Part shown: positions 23,868-37,137 of the stretch, piece by piece
How positions within the stretch are numbered: the first letter of the stretch is position 1
How the letters are laid out: each line of letters opens with the position of its first letter
Made by a program: the position numbers and the translations under genes
Notes under the pieces: model-generated
What the model saw: only the letters and a program-made list of their open reading frames with translations
Databases searched by the model: none
What the model was told of the DNA's origin: nothing
DNA from: Paraglomus brasilianum
Lineage: Eukaryota
Length of the DNA: 40,314 bases
Direction: 5' to 3'
Assembly: GCA_910592345.1 (NCBI GenBank)
Contig: CAJVPI010000238.1
Location: 1-40,314, forward strand

Positions 23868-24560
23868 ATGTCTACAGTCCACTTTATCAACGGAGGCAAA
23901 GAATACTCAGAAGCATTCCACAGATCTTCTAGCAAAGCATCATCTCTGAGTACCATCAATACTGACCCCCCATCTCCACAATTCAAAGTAGACAACAAAA
24001 TGAGCAAATTGTCTACTAAATTCGATACTATCATCAAAAATACCACTGATATTTCTCTTATCAGCAATCCCACCTGCAACAATAATGCTGGGAATTTTTC
24101 AACCCCACCACCCACCACCACATCCATCACTGATAATTACTATGACGGTGATGTTTACATACCCCCGCTCTCGGCACCCAGCAAAACTTCTAAAGAAATC
24201 ACAGAATATGCGTTTGCCTCATGAAAGAGATGATTGCATATGTCCGATTCTTCCTCTGAATACCCCCATCCCCAAGATTTTAGAAACAAAAATGACCGTA
24301 AAGATTCTTTCCTGAATCTATTCGAACTATGTAATAATAAAGATATCTCAATGTCCGATATTCTTTCGAAGCCGGATTCTTAGGCTTTTGTAAGAAATCA
24401 ACTGCTGCTTGGGCGCAAAATACCACTGAACAAAACTTCTTAAGAACCAGTAAAATTTATTATGAATTAGTAAACCTCGTCGTTGCTACTGTCTGCGAAA
24501 TAGACGAAAATGATGATCGATGGAATGCAAGTCTAGTGAAGGCATGCATGTTATGGAGTA
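23868..24560 (+). pseudogene. Decayed unidentified coding sequence (Ser/Thr/Pro-rich ORF, then broken frames)
   Basis: 118-aa ORF 23868-24224 followed by protein-like fragments with stops (e.g. VATVCEIDENDDRWNASLVKACML), abutting the nuclease-like remnant. Confidence 0.3.
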
Positions 24561-24566
24561 GATTGA

Positions 24567-25105
24567 GCAATTGAAGTGGCCAAGAAATTTGATGAAACCA
24601 AATTATTGACTGATGGGTTTAAACTGGCGAAGGCAATGCACGATATCTTCGTATGCTTAAGTAAACAAGCCCATTTCGGAGAAATGAAAGTAAGACAATT
24701 GCGAATCGCTGGCATGCTTCACATGGGTAAATAAAATAAGGAGTTTGCAGTTCCTAGTAATTTGTCGAAATAAACTGACTGATTTAATTTGAGTAGGCCT
24801 CAAATTGCAAGTTTTACAAATGAGTAGTCCTAAGAAATAAGCGAACTTTTTACTACTGAGATATGGTATGTGACGATATTAAAACGGGAGAAACTCCTTG
24901 ATGTGCCGGCTACAGTTGAAAGAATAAAAGATCTTATCAGGCTAATGTGTGGAGAATAAAGGTATAATTTATTTCCGTATTTATCAATTTCATCAGAGAA
25001 ATATACTATTGCTCATTACCTTCTATTTACAATAGAAAATGATCATGGGTTGTGTGGAGACAGTGAACACGAGAACCAAAGATCAAACAGATTTTTTGCG
25101 ACGAA
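24567..25105 (+). pseudogene. 5'-truncated second copy of the restriction-endonuclease-like gene
   Basis: AIEVAKKFDETKLLTDGFKLAKAMHDIFVCLSKQAHFGEMKVRQLRIAGMLHMG / intron / LKLQVLQMSSPK ... ILKREKLLDVPATVERIKDLIR. Inverted homologue of ~3607-4131 including the introns, with an insertion near 24835-24865 that breaks the frame. Confidence 0.7.
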
Positions 25106-26190
25106 TTTTAGTGACGTATTCCGATGGTAACGCAAGGATTTCGATCAGCATGTGTGGCACTCCTAATAGTAAGACAAAAGCGATGACTTAGTAAGAAATC
25201 TAACAGCTGGAAGCACGAAGGTGATTACTAGTAAGAAATCTAACAACCAATAATCAAAGCTCAGAATAATGTTACTAAAAATAAGACAATTAGTAGCTCA
25301 GAAGTTATAAAAGCAGCGTAGGAGTCAGCTGGTTTTGGGGATGTTTTAAATGTCTTATATATAGTTCAAATATTATTATTATTTTCCGATTCCTTATTTT
25401 CTTATCAATAAACGAGTATCGCATTTACTCTGATTATAAACTATTTTTACGTATTTCCCTGACTTATTCAATATAATTTTAAAAACCACTAACCCCTATA
25501 TCGGAAAAGGATAATCGATTCTTGTCCTTCGATTATCTGAGTAGCGAATTAAGGTATAATGCGTTAATAATTAGGTGTATTTTATAACGGACAGACTGTC
25601 GAAAGAATCTATCGGCAGATAGTCGTTACTAATTATCTCGAGAGCAATTGATTTAGTGTCACGATTCGGCAAACGGAAGTGCCGTCCGTCAGTGTAAAAG
25701 CCTAACGAAAGGTCACTAACTGTCAGTCTGGTGCTCTTGGTAGGAGGCCCTACGTACGCGCCGTTCGAAGAAAGTTAAATCCTTACGAGTCACGTGTCAT
25801 TTCGCTCTCCCGTGACATTGGGCAATATTCAATATTTGTTGGAAATGCAAAATTAGTAAAATTAATAGTATGGACAATGTCAATAGTAAGCGGAGGAAAA
25901 ACACAGATGATCTCCTTGATGAGGAATGATGTCTTGGTAAGCGCAATGAAAAAAATTGTAGCTTCAACCTGAGAATAGAACTACTTTATCTATAATACCC
26001 GATAATTGTATTGATTATTATAACTTTTTTATGTAATAGGGAGAAATATATAGAGAAATAAATCACACGCTCCTATATAAATTTGATCTTTCTTTCTGCA
26101 TTTATTTTTTTGCTCATTTTTTTCGTAGTATGCCATGATTCAGGTGATGTTAATAACGACTAAATCGTTAATAATGGCTAACAAGTATTG

Positions 26191-26305
26191 ATCTGCTAAC
26201 AGGACAGTAGGAATTGCAATACATAGTATATCAGTGAATAGTTATGTATCTGCTAACAGGACAAGTAGGAATTGCAATACATAGTATATCAGTGAGTAGT
26301 TATGT
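26191..26305. repeat. Tandem duplication, 2 x 57-58 bp
   Basis: ATCTGCTAACAGGACA(A)GTAGGAATTGCAATACATAGTATATCAGTGARTAGTTATGT occurs twice. Confidence 0.95.
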
Positions 26306-29300
26306 ATAATGTCTTACATTTTATGACCAGTTTTACATGTCGTAATTTTCTGCGTAGTACACGATCGGTAGTACAAACATTTCCAGGCTTCAAAGGAGCC
26401 AGCAGCGATTCAAATCATGCCATATGCATATTAATTTCGGATGCGACAGTAATAAAATTTTAACGCGGGCGTTCATTTCGGTTTAGCTTTGATATCGTAC
26501 GGGCAGAGCGTCAAGATTTTAGACTTGACATTTAGATTAGTCAAATATTTCTCGAAAATGAAGACAGTTAATTAGTTATAAAACGATAGGAAGATATATA
26601 AGTGGCTATAGTTTCCAAGAAATCAACATCTTTAGCACAATTCCTTGCAAATAAATAGTTGTCTAATCTCATATTTGTAATCATAATTTTATTTTGTTTC
26701 CATTTTCTGATAAAAATATTTCTATCGCTGGTAAAGTGTATAACGCTTTCCCGTATCAACGGTAAAGAAGTCGAACTTGCCATCGATTTCGTAGAATTTC
26801 TGACAATAGGATTATTACTTAATAATGCGTTAGTGTAGAATTTATTCTCCAACTTATAAGCTTTCGAAACTAGTCCCATCGAGAGAAATAGACGTAATAT
26901 TAAAGTTAGAAAATAATCTAATACAAAACCAATCTAACGTCGTTAAGGTCACTAATTGTCGCTTATAGATTTGAAAGAGTAAAGATAGTCAAGGCCTTGT
27001 TAAATCTCAAAGGTCGATATACAAACGCTTTCTCTCGTATGTTGATCCAACGCTGTATTTATTTATTGATGCAGTGCGTAGTTTGTATATTCTATATAGT
27101 TAGATAATGTTGTGAATAACACTTTATTTATTAAAAGTGAAATTTTTCTGTAGCATTGTCACAGTTTTATCTTGGCATCTAATGCCTGGTTTTTTTACTT
27201 TCTTTATTACTCTATTACTGTACTATAATTTAGTTTAATGTCATTGAAAGCAGTGTAGGTATTTGTTTGTGCGACGGATTCTTTGTTGTCGATAGATCTA
27301 CAATAAAAGCATTGTTCTTAAGTAATGATAGTAAAGCAGAGAACTGTTGTCTTTGGCTTGATAATATGGTTTCTCCTCGAAAAGAAGCCAACAAGCAAAG
27401 CGTTGTAGCTAAAACTTACGCATTGTTAATTTGCTACCCAGATTGAATACTTGGTGTTGCTAGATAAAATGGTTACAATGACTACTATTGTAAAAATATA
27501 AAGATATTATTAAAAGCAGATGTTTATTTACCAAATAAAATGACAGTTATGCCAGGTGTGGTTAATTAATAATTCGGAACGACTTAAAAATTTATTCTAA
27601 AAAATTAAGCATTATTTTGCAAATTACTAAACTAATATCTATAATACTCATTTATGATTAATTAACACGCTTAGTTTTGTGAAACCAGAAGCTACTTTTT
27701 TTTTCAAACAACAACGTCCTGTGCACAAGATAAAACCAAATCAAGCTTTAATTCTCAATTACACAAGTACAAGAATGACATATCTAATGCATAGCAAATT
27801 TAGACCGTCTTTCTATGTCAGTTTAGAGTAGGCATTAGACCACTATTACATTGTCTCGTTCAGTCAAAAAGGGTTAGTCTTGGACGAAAACTAAATCCAT
27901 TAAGTCCCGATGGTTTTCAACGTTTTTTTTTTCCCCTACTGAATTATTTGATCGCTAATTTTTTGTGCCAGTTAAAAAAAAATTTTTTTTAATTGTTCAA
28001 TCTTTAATAACTTGTCTAAAGTAATTATGAGACTTCCGGACGAACCAACCCCCAAAATTAAGTGTCGTCCATTATTACCATAAAGAGCGTCAAAAAAAAC
28101 AAAGTTTTTTCATATGATGTTGAATTCGACAGTACTGTGCCTGTTGTGCGTCTATACCTGTGTCATATTTGATAAGAGATACGTACGTATATGCATTTTA
28201 AAATGCAGGGAACAAATGGGTTAACAAAACAGCCGAATATCTTGGAATATTAATTGGATTGAAACAAGGTCTTTGCCTAATATGCATAAATTGGTCGATC
28301 TTTCTTATCATTCTAAGCATGCCAGTCTATAAATTGGAAATTGAAATACAAACGACAGATGTACGCCACGGTGATATTGGTTTCCTCTTGTATAACTGTG
28401 CCTTGCCTAACAATCGCTTGAATATAATACTTATACTAAAGACCGGTCACAAGTCATCCGGCCCGTGACGTTTTTACTCAAGTAAGATACAAGACATTAT
28501 CGCTGTAATCTCCGACTTTTGTTAGACGCAGTTCAGTTAGCCAAGCTTGATGTTTGGGTGTACCGTTTTAAACTTACGTAGCACGGGTATAAACGATGAT
28601 CACCACACCATTGATGCTGTAATATTAAATGTGTGACTGCCAGACTTTGCTCAACTAGTAGCAAAATAAGTCTGTATTATTTGTACAAGTGATAAGGGTC
28701 ATAATTATCCATGGTATATATTATCGCTACTATTATTATTTGTTACACGATTAGTTGCAATAAACAATTTTGTAATATTTGTTGTCCTGATTTTATTAAT
28801 ACTAATGTCCTTATACGTTTATCCAGTATCGACATGGGCGACAGAGCACTGTAACAAACAATGTTGTAGCTTCCCAAGTACCTTATCTACAGTATCTATT
28901 CATTATGCATAAAGGGAATACCCACGGTGTCTGTATATCAGCATATGGACACACGGACGCACACGGAACAATAGTATTATCGTTTAACTTTTTCTAAGCT
29001 ACTTTGTTTTAGCGGCACAAACATTTAAAGCAACTACTGTTAGTTGTCTCTTCAGACAGTCATAATAACTCGGTTGTTAATAATATTGTATCTATCACTT
29101 TATCCGATCGATAATTTTAGTTCCACAAGACACTTATAAATTGCTACGTCAAATATCAACAACACGAGTTTTCCTGTTGGCTATCACAAAGACATAGCGC
29201 AGTTATTAGAATTATATCGATATTTATTTTCCTAATAAGTAAATTATAATAAGTAGCTATATAGTATTACCAATTCAGCCCATGTCCTGTATGGGTAACA

Positions 29301-29637
29301 ATGTTATACTCGTTGCTTCTCACTTATTCAATATATTTATGTTAAATTAGCCAATTATTTAGTCAAGAAATACTGTATATACAACGTCGTCGGCGTTTAA
29401 ATTTTTGAGTAGGCTACTATGAATTAATATTCCAGCGAGTACTGCTTGCACGATTACTGCAATGTAATTTATTCTGTTTAGAGGGTTTCTATACCTGATT
29501 GTAACAATTGCCTTCATTATAATATTGTTGGAAACGAGAGAGTCTACACAAACTTTTGATATTCTTTATTATCTCTAACTGTTTGTATTATATCGCATGG
29601 GTTTCTATTAAAAATTTTATGTTTGCATATTAGTAAA

Positions 29638-29680
29638 AGCAATGCAAAGATTAGTGAGCAATGCAAAGATTAGTGAGCAA
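29638..29680. repeat. Tandem repeat, 2.3 x 19 bp
   Basis: AGCAATGCAAAGATTAGTG x2 plus AGCAA. Confidence 0.9.
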
Positions 29681-31126
29681 CGCCAGACAAACCAATTACA
29701 GTTGTGTGCGACAACAAGATAGGGAGATAAACGTCAAAAGATTTTATTAATTTTCGTCCTTGTCACACACCGTTGGCTAATGACGTATGTCTGCAGCTCA
29801 CCACTCGATTACACATCGGGTCAGCATATTAACGTTCAATTATCAGCTTCATATATCCTGCGAAAAGAAGCATATAGACGTTTAGAAGTTATTAATAGAC
29901 TCTCTCATATCAGTTAGAAAAAGATTGTTAGCCACCATTCTCTAGGCGTGTGTAATTCCCAGTCATGCCTGCGTCTTGACATAAGCCTTGCCTAACCCTT
30001 ATTTATGTAACAAACAATAAAAAGCAATTTTCATAGGATCTGACACACTGTGTATGTTTATTTTTCTATATCAAGTTAATCCCTGTTCGCTACGAAGTAT
30101 TTTCGCATGCTGTATAGCAATAGGGGGAAGAAGGGGAAAGGGAGGATGGAACATGAGTACAAGTGAGGATCTAACGCTACTAGTGAGTGAACTATGTATA
30201 CTGTACATACAGTTATACAGTATATGCAATGCACAACCCGGCGCACTGCATTTATTGCATGTGGACGACTAAATCTGTATTACCCATGATAAAATCTAGG
30301 TGATCCGGTTATCTGAAAAATTTTTTCAAATGGCCTATTTGAGGGGAGAAAATGTCTTGTCTTTATTTGATGAGACCATTCCTGAAGCATGCAGTGATAA
30401 GTTACAGAAGATATGCAAGTCTGTTTAAATGAAACTTGTAACAATCATATAGTATCACAAATTACGGACAACGAAATTGAAAGCAGTCGATTAAGAATGA
30501 ATTCATTAACTTGCTTGCAATTATGTTGAGTACAAGCTCTTGGCTAATTACGAACATGGTTTATAAATCTGCATCACAATTAAGCGCTTCCTTATCTGTT
30601 ACCGCATCTCAGAAGGGCGTTCTAATGCAGCAACCAAAAAAAGAAGGTTTCTTCAGCCCTGCTTTATGTGATCCGTTTTGAACATAGTTATAGAAACTTT
30701 ACAAGAAACAATGGGAAAATAAGTTCTAAAAATAAATTTGACTCAAACAACGATGGATGTGATATGAATAACAAAAGCTTTATCAAAATAACAAAGGTAA
30801 GAAACTAAAGCTTCAAATTCCTATGTCACCGAAATGTCAAAACTGGATTACACAATACGCACAAACCAAGTTGATAGTTTACGGCATTATGTTCACAATT
30901 CCTTGTGCTGCTCAATCCCTAAATGTAGAAACAACGGAGGTTCAAATTGTGCCTGTATTATTGAAACCCATTATATGTCGTATACCAAAAGTCATGTCAC
31001 ATTAGCCAATAAAAACTTGAACCTTTTTCACTGTTTCAGATATAAATAATTTACACTTTTATGCTGCGTTATCAGTATTACAGCATCTTAATCTTGTGAC
31101 AAAGAACGCCGTAGGAGCCCTTGATT

Positions 31127-31167
31127 CTTATCCCTTATCCCTTATCCCTTATCCCCTATCCTTTATG
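31127..31167. repeat. Heptamer tandem repeat (CTTATCC)n
   Basis: Four perfect and about two degenerate units. Confidence 0.9.
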
Positions 31168-34100
31168 CCCGAACATTAAATAAATCCTTGCAGCTTAGAA
31201 AACGAAAAACTTATTTGACTATTTTGCATAATCATGAATAATATCAGAATTTATTTGTCACACAATAGTAAATACTCTTGCGTTTTTTCCTGAAACTCTG
31301 GTTTAACACACATTGGAAATTGTATTAATAATAGAATTTCTCACCTCCTGAGATGCATCGGATTGGTCAAAATGTGTGACAAAGACTTTATAAATAGCAC
31401 CCGCAACACATTGTTTCACAACATGATTGTCATAAACGGCAATTACAATAAATTTATTTCAAATCAAGGTTTCTCTAAATGGTTCAAATAGTTTTGAAAC
31501 ATATTTTGTATTCTAAAAACTCACACTGCATAATCGAAAAACTGAAAATTTCTCAAAACGCATGGAGAAAACAGCCCTATTGCAGCGTTTTTTGTCCAAT
31601 CGTACAAGACATTGAATGAGAATTACAAACAAAAAAAAGAAAACTTTTCCATCGCAATCAATTAATTGTTCTATGACTAATCGTTGTCTTTTTTTTTCTT
31701 TCTATTGCTCTAAATTTTTATCTTAAATCATTCAAATTGAATTTGTAAATTAATTAATTACTTTCTCTCATTAATGTTTTTCTTATTCGTATATTGGACA
31801 CACCTTTTTTTTTTTCTCATCATCCTTTCGATGCTCTCCTCCTTTATCCATTACTTTCAATGTAATTTTGTATAGACTGCTGTTTCTCCGATCCTTTTCT
31901 TTCTTTATAAATTGGGTGGATTCGTTATCCATTATTCAATAAAATTGAAAATATCGTCATGAGAAGAAAAAAAAAGTGGGTGTTGAGGATTTAAAGTCGT
32001 GAATTACGAATACAGTAACAAGTTGTCGAATGAGTATCCATTATTCGTTTCTTTACACTTAAAAGTGTAATGCATTGAGATCGTCAAACTTTGCCGAAAG
32101 CATTTGGTCTGGGAGTGTTGCAAACGTCGTATACGTCAATAGAGTAATGCTTACGATTACTAAAGAGTCTATAATATATGGAGAAAAATTGCAATTAGTA
32201 AGTAATTAATTGATGACGAACGGACAAACAGACCGACTATGTAAAGTGTCGTTTCTTACCAAATAATGCTCTCTCCCATGGGTCAAGGGCTTTTGTCGAC
32301 GTCGTAACTTCAGATTGATAGGTCTTGAATGCAAAGTAGTTCTTGATTTCGGTGAACATTTTTATAATTTGTAAGCGTTAACTTTTTTTGATTTGGTTCC
32401 GTTCGGTTCTGATTAATCGAGTTTGATTATTTCGTAAAAGATAAAGAGCACCTCTTGTGTTCGTAAAAATGGCAAAGAACAAACGACGTATTATATTCTC
32501 TTGCCTAGAGGTAAAGAAACTTGGGAAATCCAGATGTGTGTGTATTTATACTTACCGTACCGTAATGTATGTTATCGACTATCAGTAAGACAAGCAGAGT
32601 GTTACCAATTACAACATGATAAGAAATCGAGCACAGGATTAAGCAGCGGATAAGGCAAGCAAAATTAATTGCCGATAAATATATTTGTACAAGAATATTT
32701 ATAAACAATAATAATAGCATATGGTTAATATAAATATGTACTTTGATTGTTCGAGTTATTATTAGTTAGAGTTTGATTGACGATACAGATGCGTGGAACA
32801 TCACCACCCATCACTTGTCCACACATCACACATTTACTGATTGGTAATAATGGAACGGAAACGCATATTCCGAACTAGAGTAAGTTGGGTGTAATGGGGA
32901 TCGAACCTCGAAACAATACATTAAAAACCCGATTACAAAATTAAGATCCTATTGGTAATTCTGCGATTCTAAATTGTGTTCCGAATATTCGTTGAGTAGG
33001 GCAATTTCTTGGCATTACATGAGAAGTGTAAAACGTGAGACAACATAGTTTACAATGGGATTTATTTCACAGCTCGGTAGCGCCTTTTTTCATATTCACA
33101 GAACTATGTAATACTGTACACACAAATAAATTTAGCAAAAAGCAGCAACTACAGTATAAATAGAATCAAAGAACAAATCAGAATTGACGTATAACGGTCA
33201 TGTGAACGGATTTCAATGCAGGCATGAAACATACCCCAAAAGTCAATAATGCGAATCTTTATTGTTGATATCAAATCAAAAGAGTTTGCAAGCATGTCGT
33301 GCAATACTTTATTTGTGGGAGAAAGAAAAGACTGACTTGTCACGTTTGGACATGGGATCTGTTAATTAATAATGCGTTGATATACAACTTATAAGATTGC
33401 TAGGTAGAGTTATTGTTGTTAGTGTCTTATATGATCGACCAAATCTGGTATATATTGTTCATTTATGCACTCACAATTGATGTGTGTGTCAGTCAAACAT
33501 GTAACCAGCTCCTCTATTTAAAGCATTACTATTCTTATTATTTTCCGTTTCACCAGAAACGAAAAATGAATGGATCGTACACATACAATATAACAATCAA
33601 CTATACGGTTGCCAAGTTCTTTCGCAGCGGCGTGCACGATTCGAAGCAGTAGAAAATTCGTATGCATAATCATGCAGCCATTTTAGCTTGGTATGGCAAA
33701 ACACTTTATTAAATAACGTCATCTCAAGAAGCATCGAGTGTTGATTTGTCTTTTCGGGGGAGCTCTCCGCCGTATAGGCAATTATTGATATACATTCTAG
33801 AATAATGCTCGATAAATATTAGTCATATTCCTTTGCCCCACCTCCAACCCCCTAAAAAATCTGCACGGAACAAAGCAGCGAAAAAGCGAGCACTGAGACA
33901 ATTGAGAAAAATTCTATACATACTCGACTCATGCATATGGGTTATTTCTATTATCAGCAAAATTTTTCATTATAATGTCATGAGTTGAATCGTACTACAG
34001 CATTGTTTGTGTTGGTCAAGGCCATTGAGAGCTGGTTTTTTTTCCCAAAACTTAACGCATTAATTTATAAAGACAGATGCATCGTCTCTTTTCTTGAGTG

Positions 34101-34488
34101 GTTGGTTTATTTACGCAAGGGTTCTTTATAATAATCTGCAATATTGCTTGCGCTGACTGTGTGGTATATGACAAGAACGAACAAAGACACTATCTAACTA
34201 GGTTATGTATTGAAAATACTGACACTTTTATTTGAAATAAAACGGCACTATTGTGTAAAAGCAATCAGTAACAAGTTAAAAGTGTAAAGACAAGAAGACC
34301 AAAATCTATCTGGTAATTTATATGTTGGGCACACTGCACAACAAATATAGAAATAGAATGACTTTTTGTATTCCCATTTTTGCTTGCTGCCGCAGTCAAC
34401 AGCTGCAACACCAATAAACATACCCACAATATTTAGTGGATAGCATTTATTATTATTATACGGAATTTAATCCATATCGCGTTTAACA

Positions 34489-34496
34489 TATAAATA
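34489..34496 (+). promoter_or_regulatory. Putative TATA box of the HMG gene at 34647
   Basis: TATAAATA ~150 nt upstream of the first in-frame ATG. Confidence 0.4.
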
Positions 34497-34646
34497 CACC
34501 CCTCTGTAACGGCTGAACCAAAATGTCAACCTGCAAAGAACAACACAACGTGCACACACGCACACTATTGTGTGAATCTGAATTTTATACACGTCCACAA
34601 CCATAAATCTCTTTTTATAAACTCACAAGCCCCTTTTCAATCAGTC

Positions 34647-35720
34647 ATGAATACCTCAATTCTTCCAATTAATTCAACAACACCTCTGCCACTCTCTCCA
34701 GAACGCACCATCGATACTATTACTAACGCTGTCAATGCTACTACTGGTTTTAATGCCGCCATCGCTGCTACTAGCAGTACCACCACCACCGCTAACTTTG
34801 ATTCTGACGCATTCATAAACAGATTTACAGACATTCTTACTCATGCCGAATATCTTCTCTTGCTTAAACCCCCATATTCTCTTACCGCATCGCTCAATAC
34901 TCTTCTCGATCCAACACGCACAAACCGTGCAAGAAGGAACTCTTATCCACCTCGTCCCAGGAATAGTTGGTTGATATTCAGAACAGATTACAAAAACAAG
35001 TTACGTGTTATTCACCCTGATCAACCATCAACTATAGAGAAAGTGTCTAAGCTAGCTAGTTCTGATTGGGCAAATCAGTCGGAGGAAGTCAAACAATTCT
35101 TTACCGTACTTTCAAAAATGGCTAAAAAACTCCATGAAGATGTTTACCCTAATTATATTTATCATCCAAGGAGGAACAGTAATAACGGAAGGTTTGTTTT
35201 CAGAGTGATAAGTGAGGAACAAATTATGAGACGTGGTAGAAGTGCAAATGAGAGAAATCGAAGGAACAGAAGAGATAATGACGAGAACACAGAGGAAATG
35301 GACGAAATGCGCGTTCGGTTAAATGACGAACAACGTAATAGCGTGCAAGTAAACGCCAACAATATTGCTGGTGTAAACAACGTACACGATAATGGACATC
35401 TTTCCAGTGTTTCGCTCAATGACTATGACGTAAACAACCCTGGTTTTTTCACTGACTCGGACATTGCCGATTCCACACCTGAACACTTGAACATTATCGA
35501 CACATTGTCACAAATTATTGATATTAATCTTTATAACCCTAACCCCAACTACTTGAATCAAATCATGGGTCAAGAAAATTTCACATACGGCGATGACAAC
35601 GAAATTGGCACAAACTTTGGTATCATGTCAACTCAACCTTCTGGTCAAATTCTCAACCATTTATCTTTCGAACCATCAATTCACACTCCGACGACGTTTG
35701 ATGTGTACAATGGACTTTGA
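34647..35720 (+). CDS. MATA_HMG-like HMG-box transcription factor (~357 aa)
   Basis: HMG box PPRPRNSWLIFRTDY...VSKLASSDWANQSEEVKQFFTVLSKMAKKLHEDVYPNYIYHPR, an Arg-rich tract and an Asn/Asp-rich C-terminus. First ATG at 34647. Confidence 0.92.
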   Translation: MNTSILPINSTTPLPLSPERTIDTITNAVNATTGFNAAIAATSSTTTTANFDSDAFINRFTDILTHAEYLLLLKPPYSLTASLNTLLDPTRTNRARRNSYPPRPRNSWLIFRTDYKNKLRVIHPDQPSTIEKVSKLASSDWANQSEEVKQFFTVLSKMAKKLHEDVYPNYIYHPRRNSNNGRFVFRVISEEQIMRRGRSANERNRRNRRDNDENTEEMDEMRVRLNDEQRNSVQVNANNIAGVNNVHDNGHLSSVSLNDYDVNNPGFFTDSDIADSTPEHLNIIDTLSQIIDINLYNPNPNYLNQIMGQENFTYGDDNEIGTNFGIMSTQPSGQILNHLSFEPSIHTPTTFDVYNGL

Positions 35721-36399
35721 CGGGTTCATCGGAATATTTCGGGAGGGATTTTTATTAGTATTAGAGAATTTAGGTAGATCTTTTACTTTTGATAGTTTAT
35801 TCAACTCAATTTATAAATAAATATATACAACAGCAACTGGTTTGTTGTTTACATTCATTCATTAACATTGTCGTTTGTTAAAAATAGACTGTTCTCTTTT
35901 TGGAACTCGTATCCTTTATTCAGCGTTATAATGAAACGTCGAACGCTATAAGGGGTCTATTTGATCACATCGTTTGTATTGTTACGCATGGCGTATATTG
36001 TGCATTCCACGAGCGTTGACCTTTTATTATGACATCTCGCATGGAAAAATTTTATTCAATTTCACGTGATATATGATCGATCATATTAATAGATTAGCTC
36101 TTCCCGTGTGATTAACTCACCCGACATTATGTTTAAAATTTAGGTTTTCCCACAGAAACTTTAAATTCGTAACGTTTTAGATTCAGCAGCCGCCCATCCC
36201 CCTCGAAAATGCTGTTCCATGAAAGTGATTATTTATAGCAGTACCAATAGTTTTCTTTGCATCTCACCTTGGCAGAATAAATAAGAGAAAGAGAGAAAAC
36301 TTTAAATGCAACTACAAACTGCCAATCTGGGTTTTTGCTTACTAATATTCGAAAATGCTATTGAATGCAGCGACAACCCATTGAAATAATTTGCTCACT

Positions 36400-36412
36400 G
36401 GGGGGGGGGGGG
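36400..36412. repeat. Poly-G run (13 nt)
   Basis: G13 in AT-rich intergenic DNA. Confidence 0.85.
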
Positions 36413-36560
36413 AGAGTATAACTAGGCGTGCAGATTTCTTTATAAACGATAATAATAAAAAGACTGTGGCCACGTTTCAGTAAGTTACTCTAATTAATCT
36501 ATGCATGAATGAATTCGTTCAGTTTCTTTGCCGATGAGATGCAATCCCATAGTACAGGAC

Positions 36561-36664
36561 TCATTGTTTAGTTTGTGAAACATCAATGAGATATTCATTG
36601 TGTTAGTTTGTGAAACATCAATGAGATATTCATTGTGTTAGTTTGCGAAACATCAATGAGATAT
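36561..36664. repeat. Tandem repeat, 3 x 34-35 bp, internally palindromic
   Basis: Unit TCATTGT(G)TTAGTTTGYGAAACATCAATGAGATAT repeated three times. Confidence 0.95.
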
Positions 36665-37137
36665 TTATAACTCGGAGTTGGGGGTTAATTATAAATGTTC
36701 GTCTGCTGTCGATTACTTACGATTTGTCGGTTTAACATTATAAGATTGTTTATGTGATTTTCGGGTTTTTAAAATTAAGCATATCTAATATTACGACAAC
36801 GGAGTCTGTGAGTCCGAGCAGGTTTTTTTTTCAGGGGGGTTTAACAACCACGTTGTTGCGTTACATGAATTACCTAATAAACTTCTATATTTGTGGTATT
36901 CCATACATAAGTAGGGGGTTTGTTTACCCGATATACTCTCGTAATATTTTATTCCTCGTTCTAAGTAAATTGAGAAAAAAAATTGTCCATTTTTACAAGA
37001 AAAGAAAATAAAAAGTGCCTGCCCTTACTTTCTTTCTTTTTACGTATATAAAACTATGATATATGTGACTAAAGCAGTCTATGTATAATATAACATTTGT
37101 TAAAAGATAGTTTAAACATAAAAACGATTTGTACTAT

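Noticed and set aside
26568..26879. 103-aa minus-strand ORF
   Set aside because: ATG-initiated, but with no recognisable motif, paralogue or splice support. It cannot be separated from a chance ORF without expression data.
31127..31167. Interstitial telomere repeat
   Set aside because: The unit is CTTATCC (7 bp), not CCCTAA/TTAGGG.
36561..36664. CRISPR array
   Set aside because: The repeats are contiguous with no unique spacers, there are no cas genes, and the context is eukaryotic.
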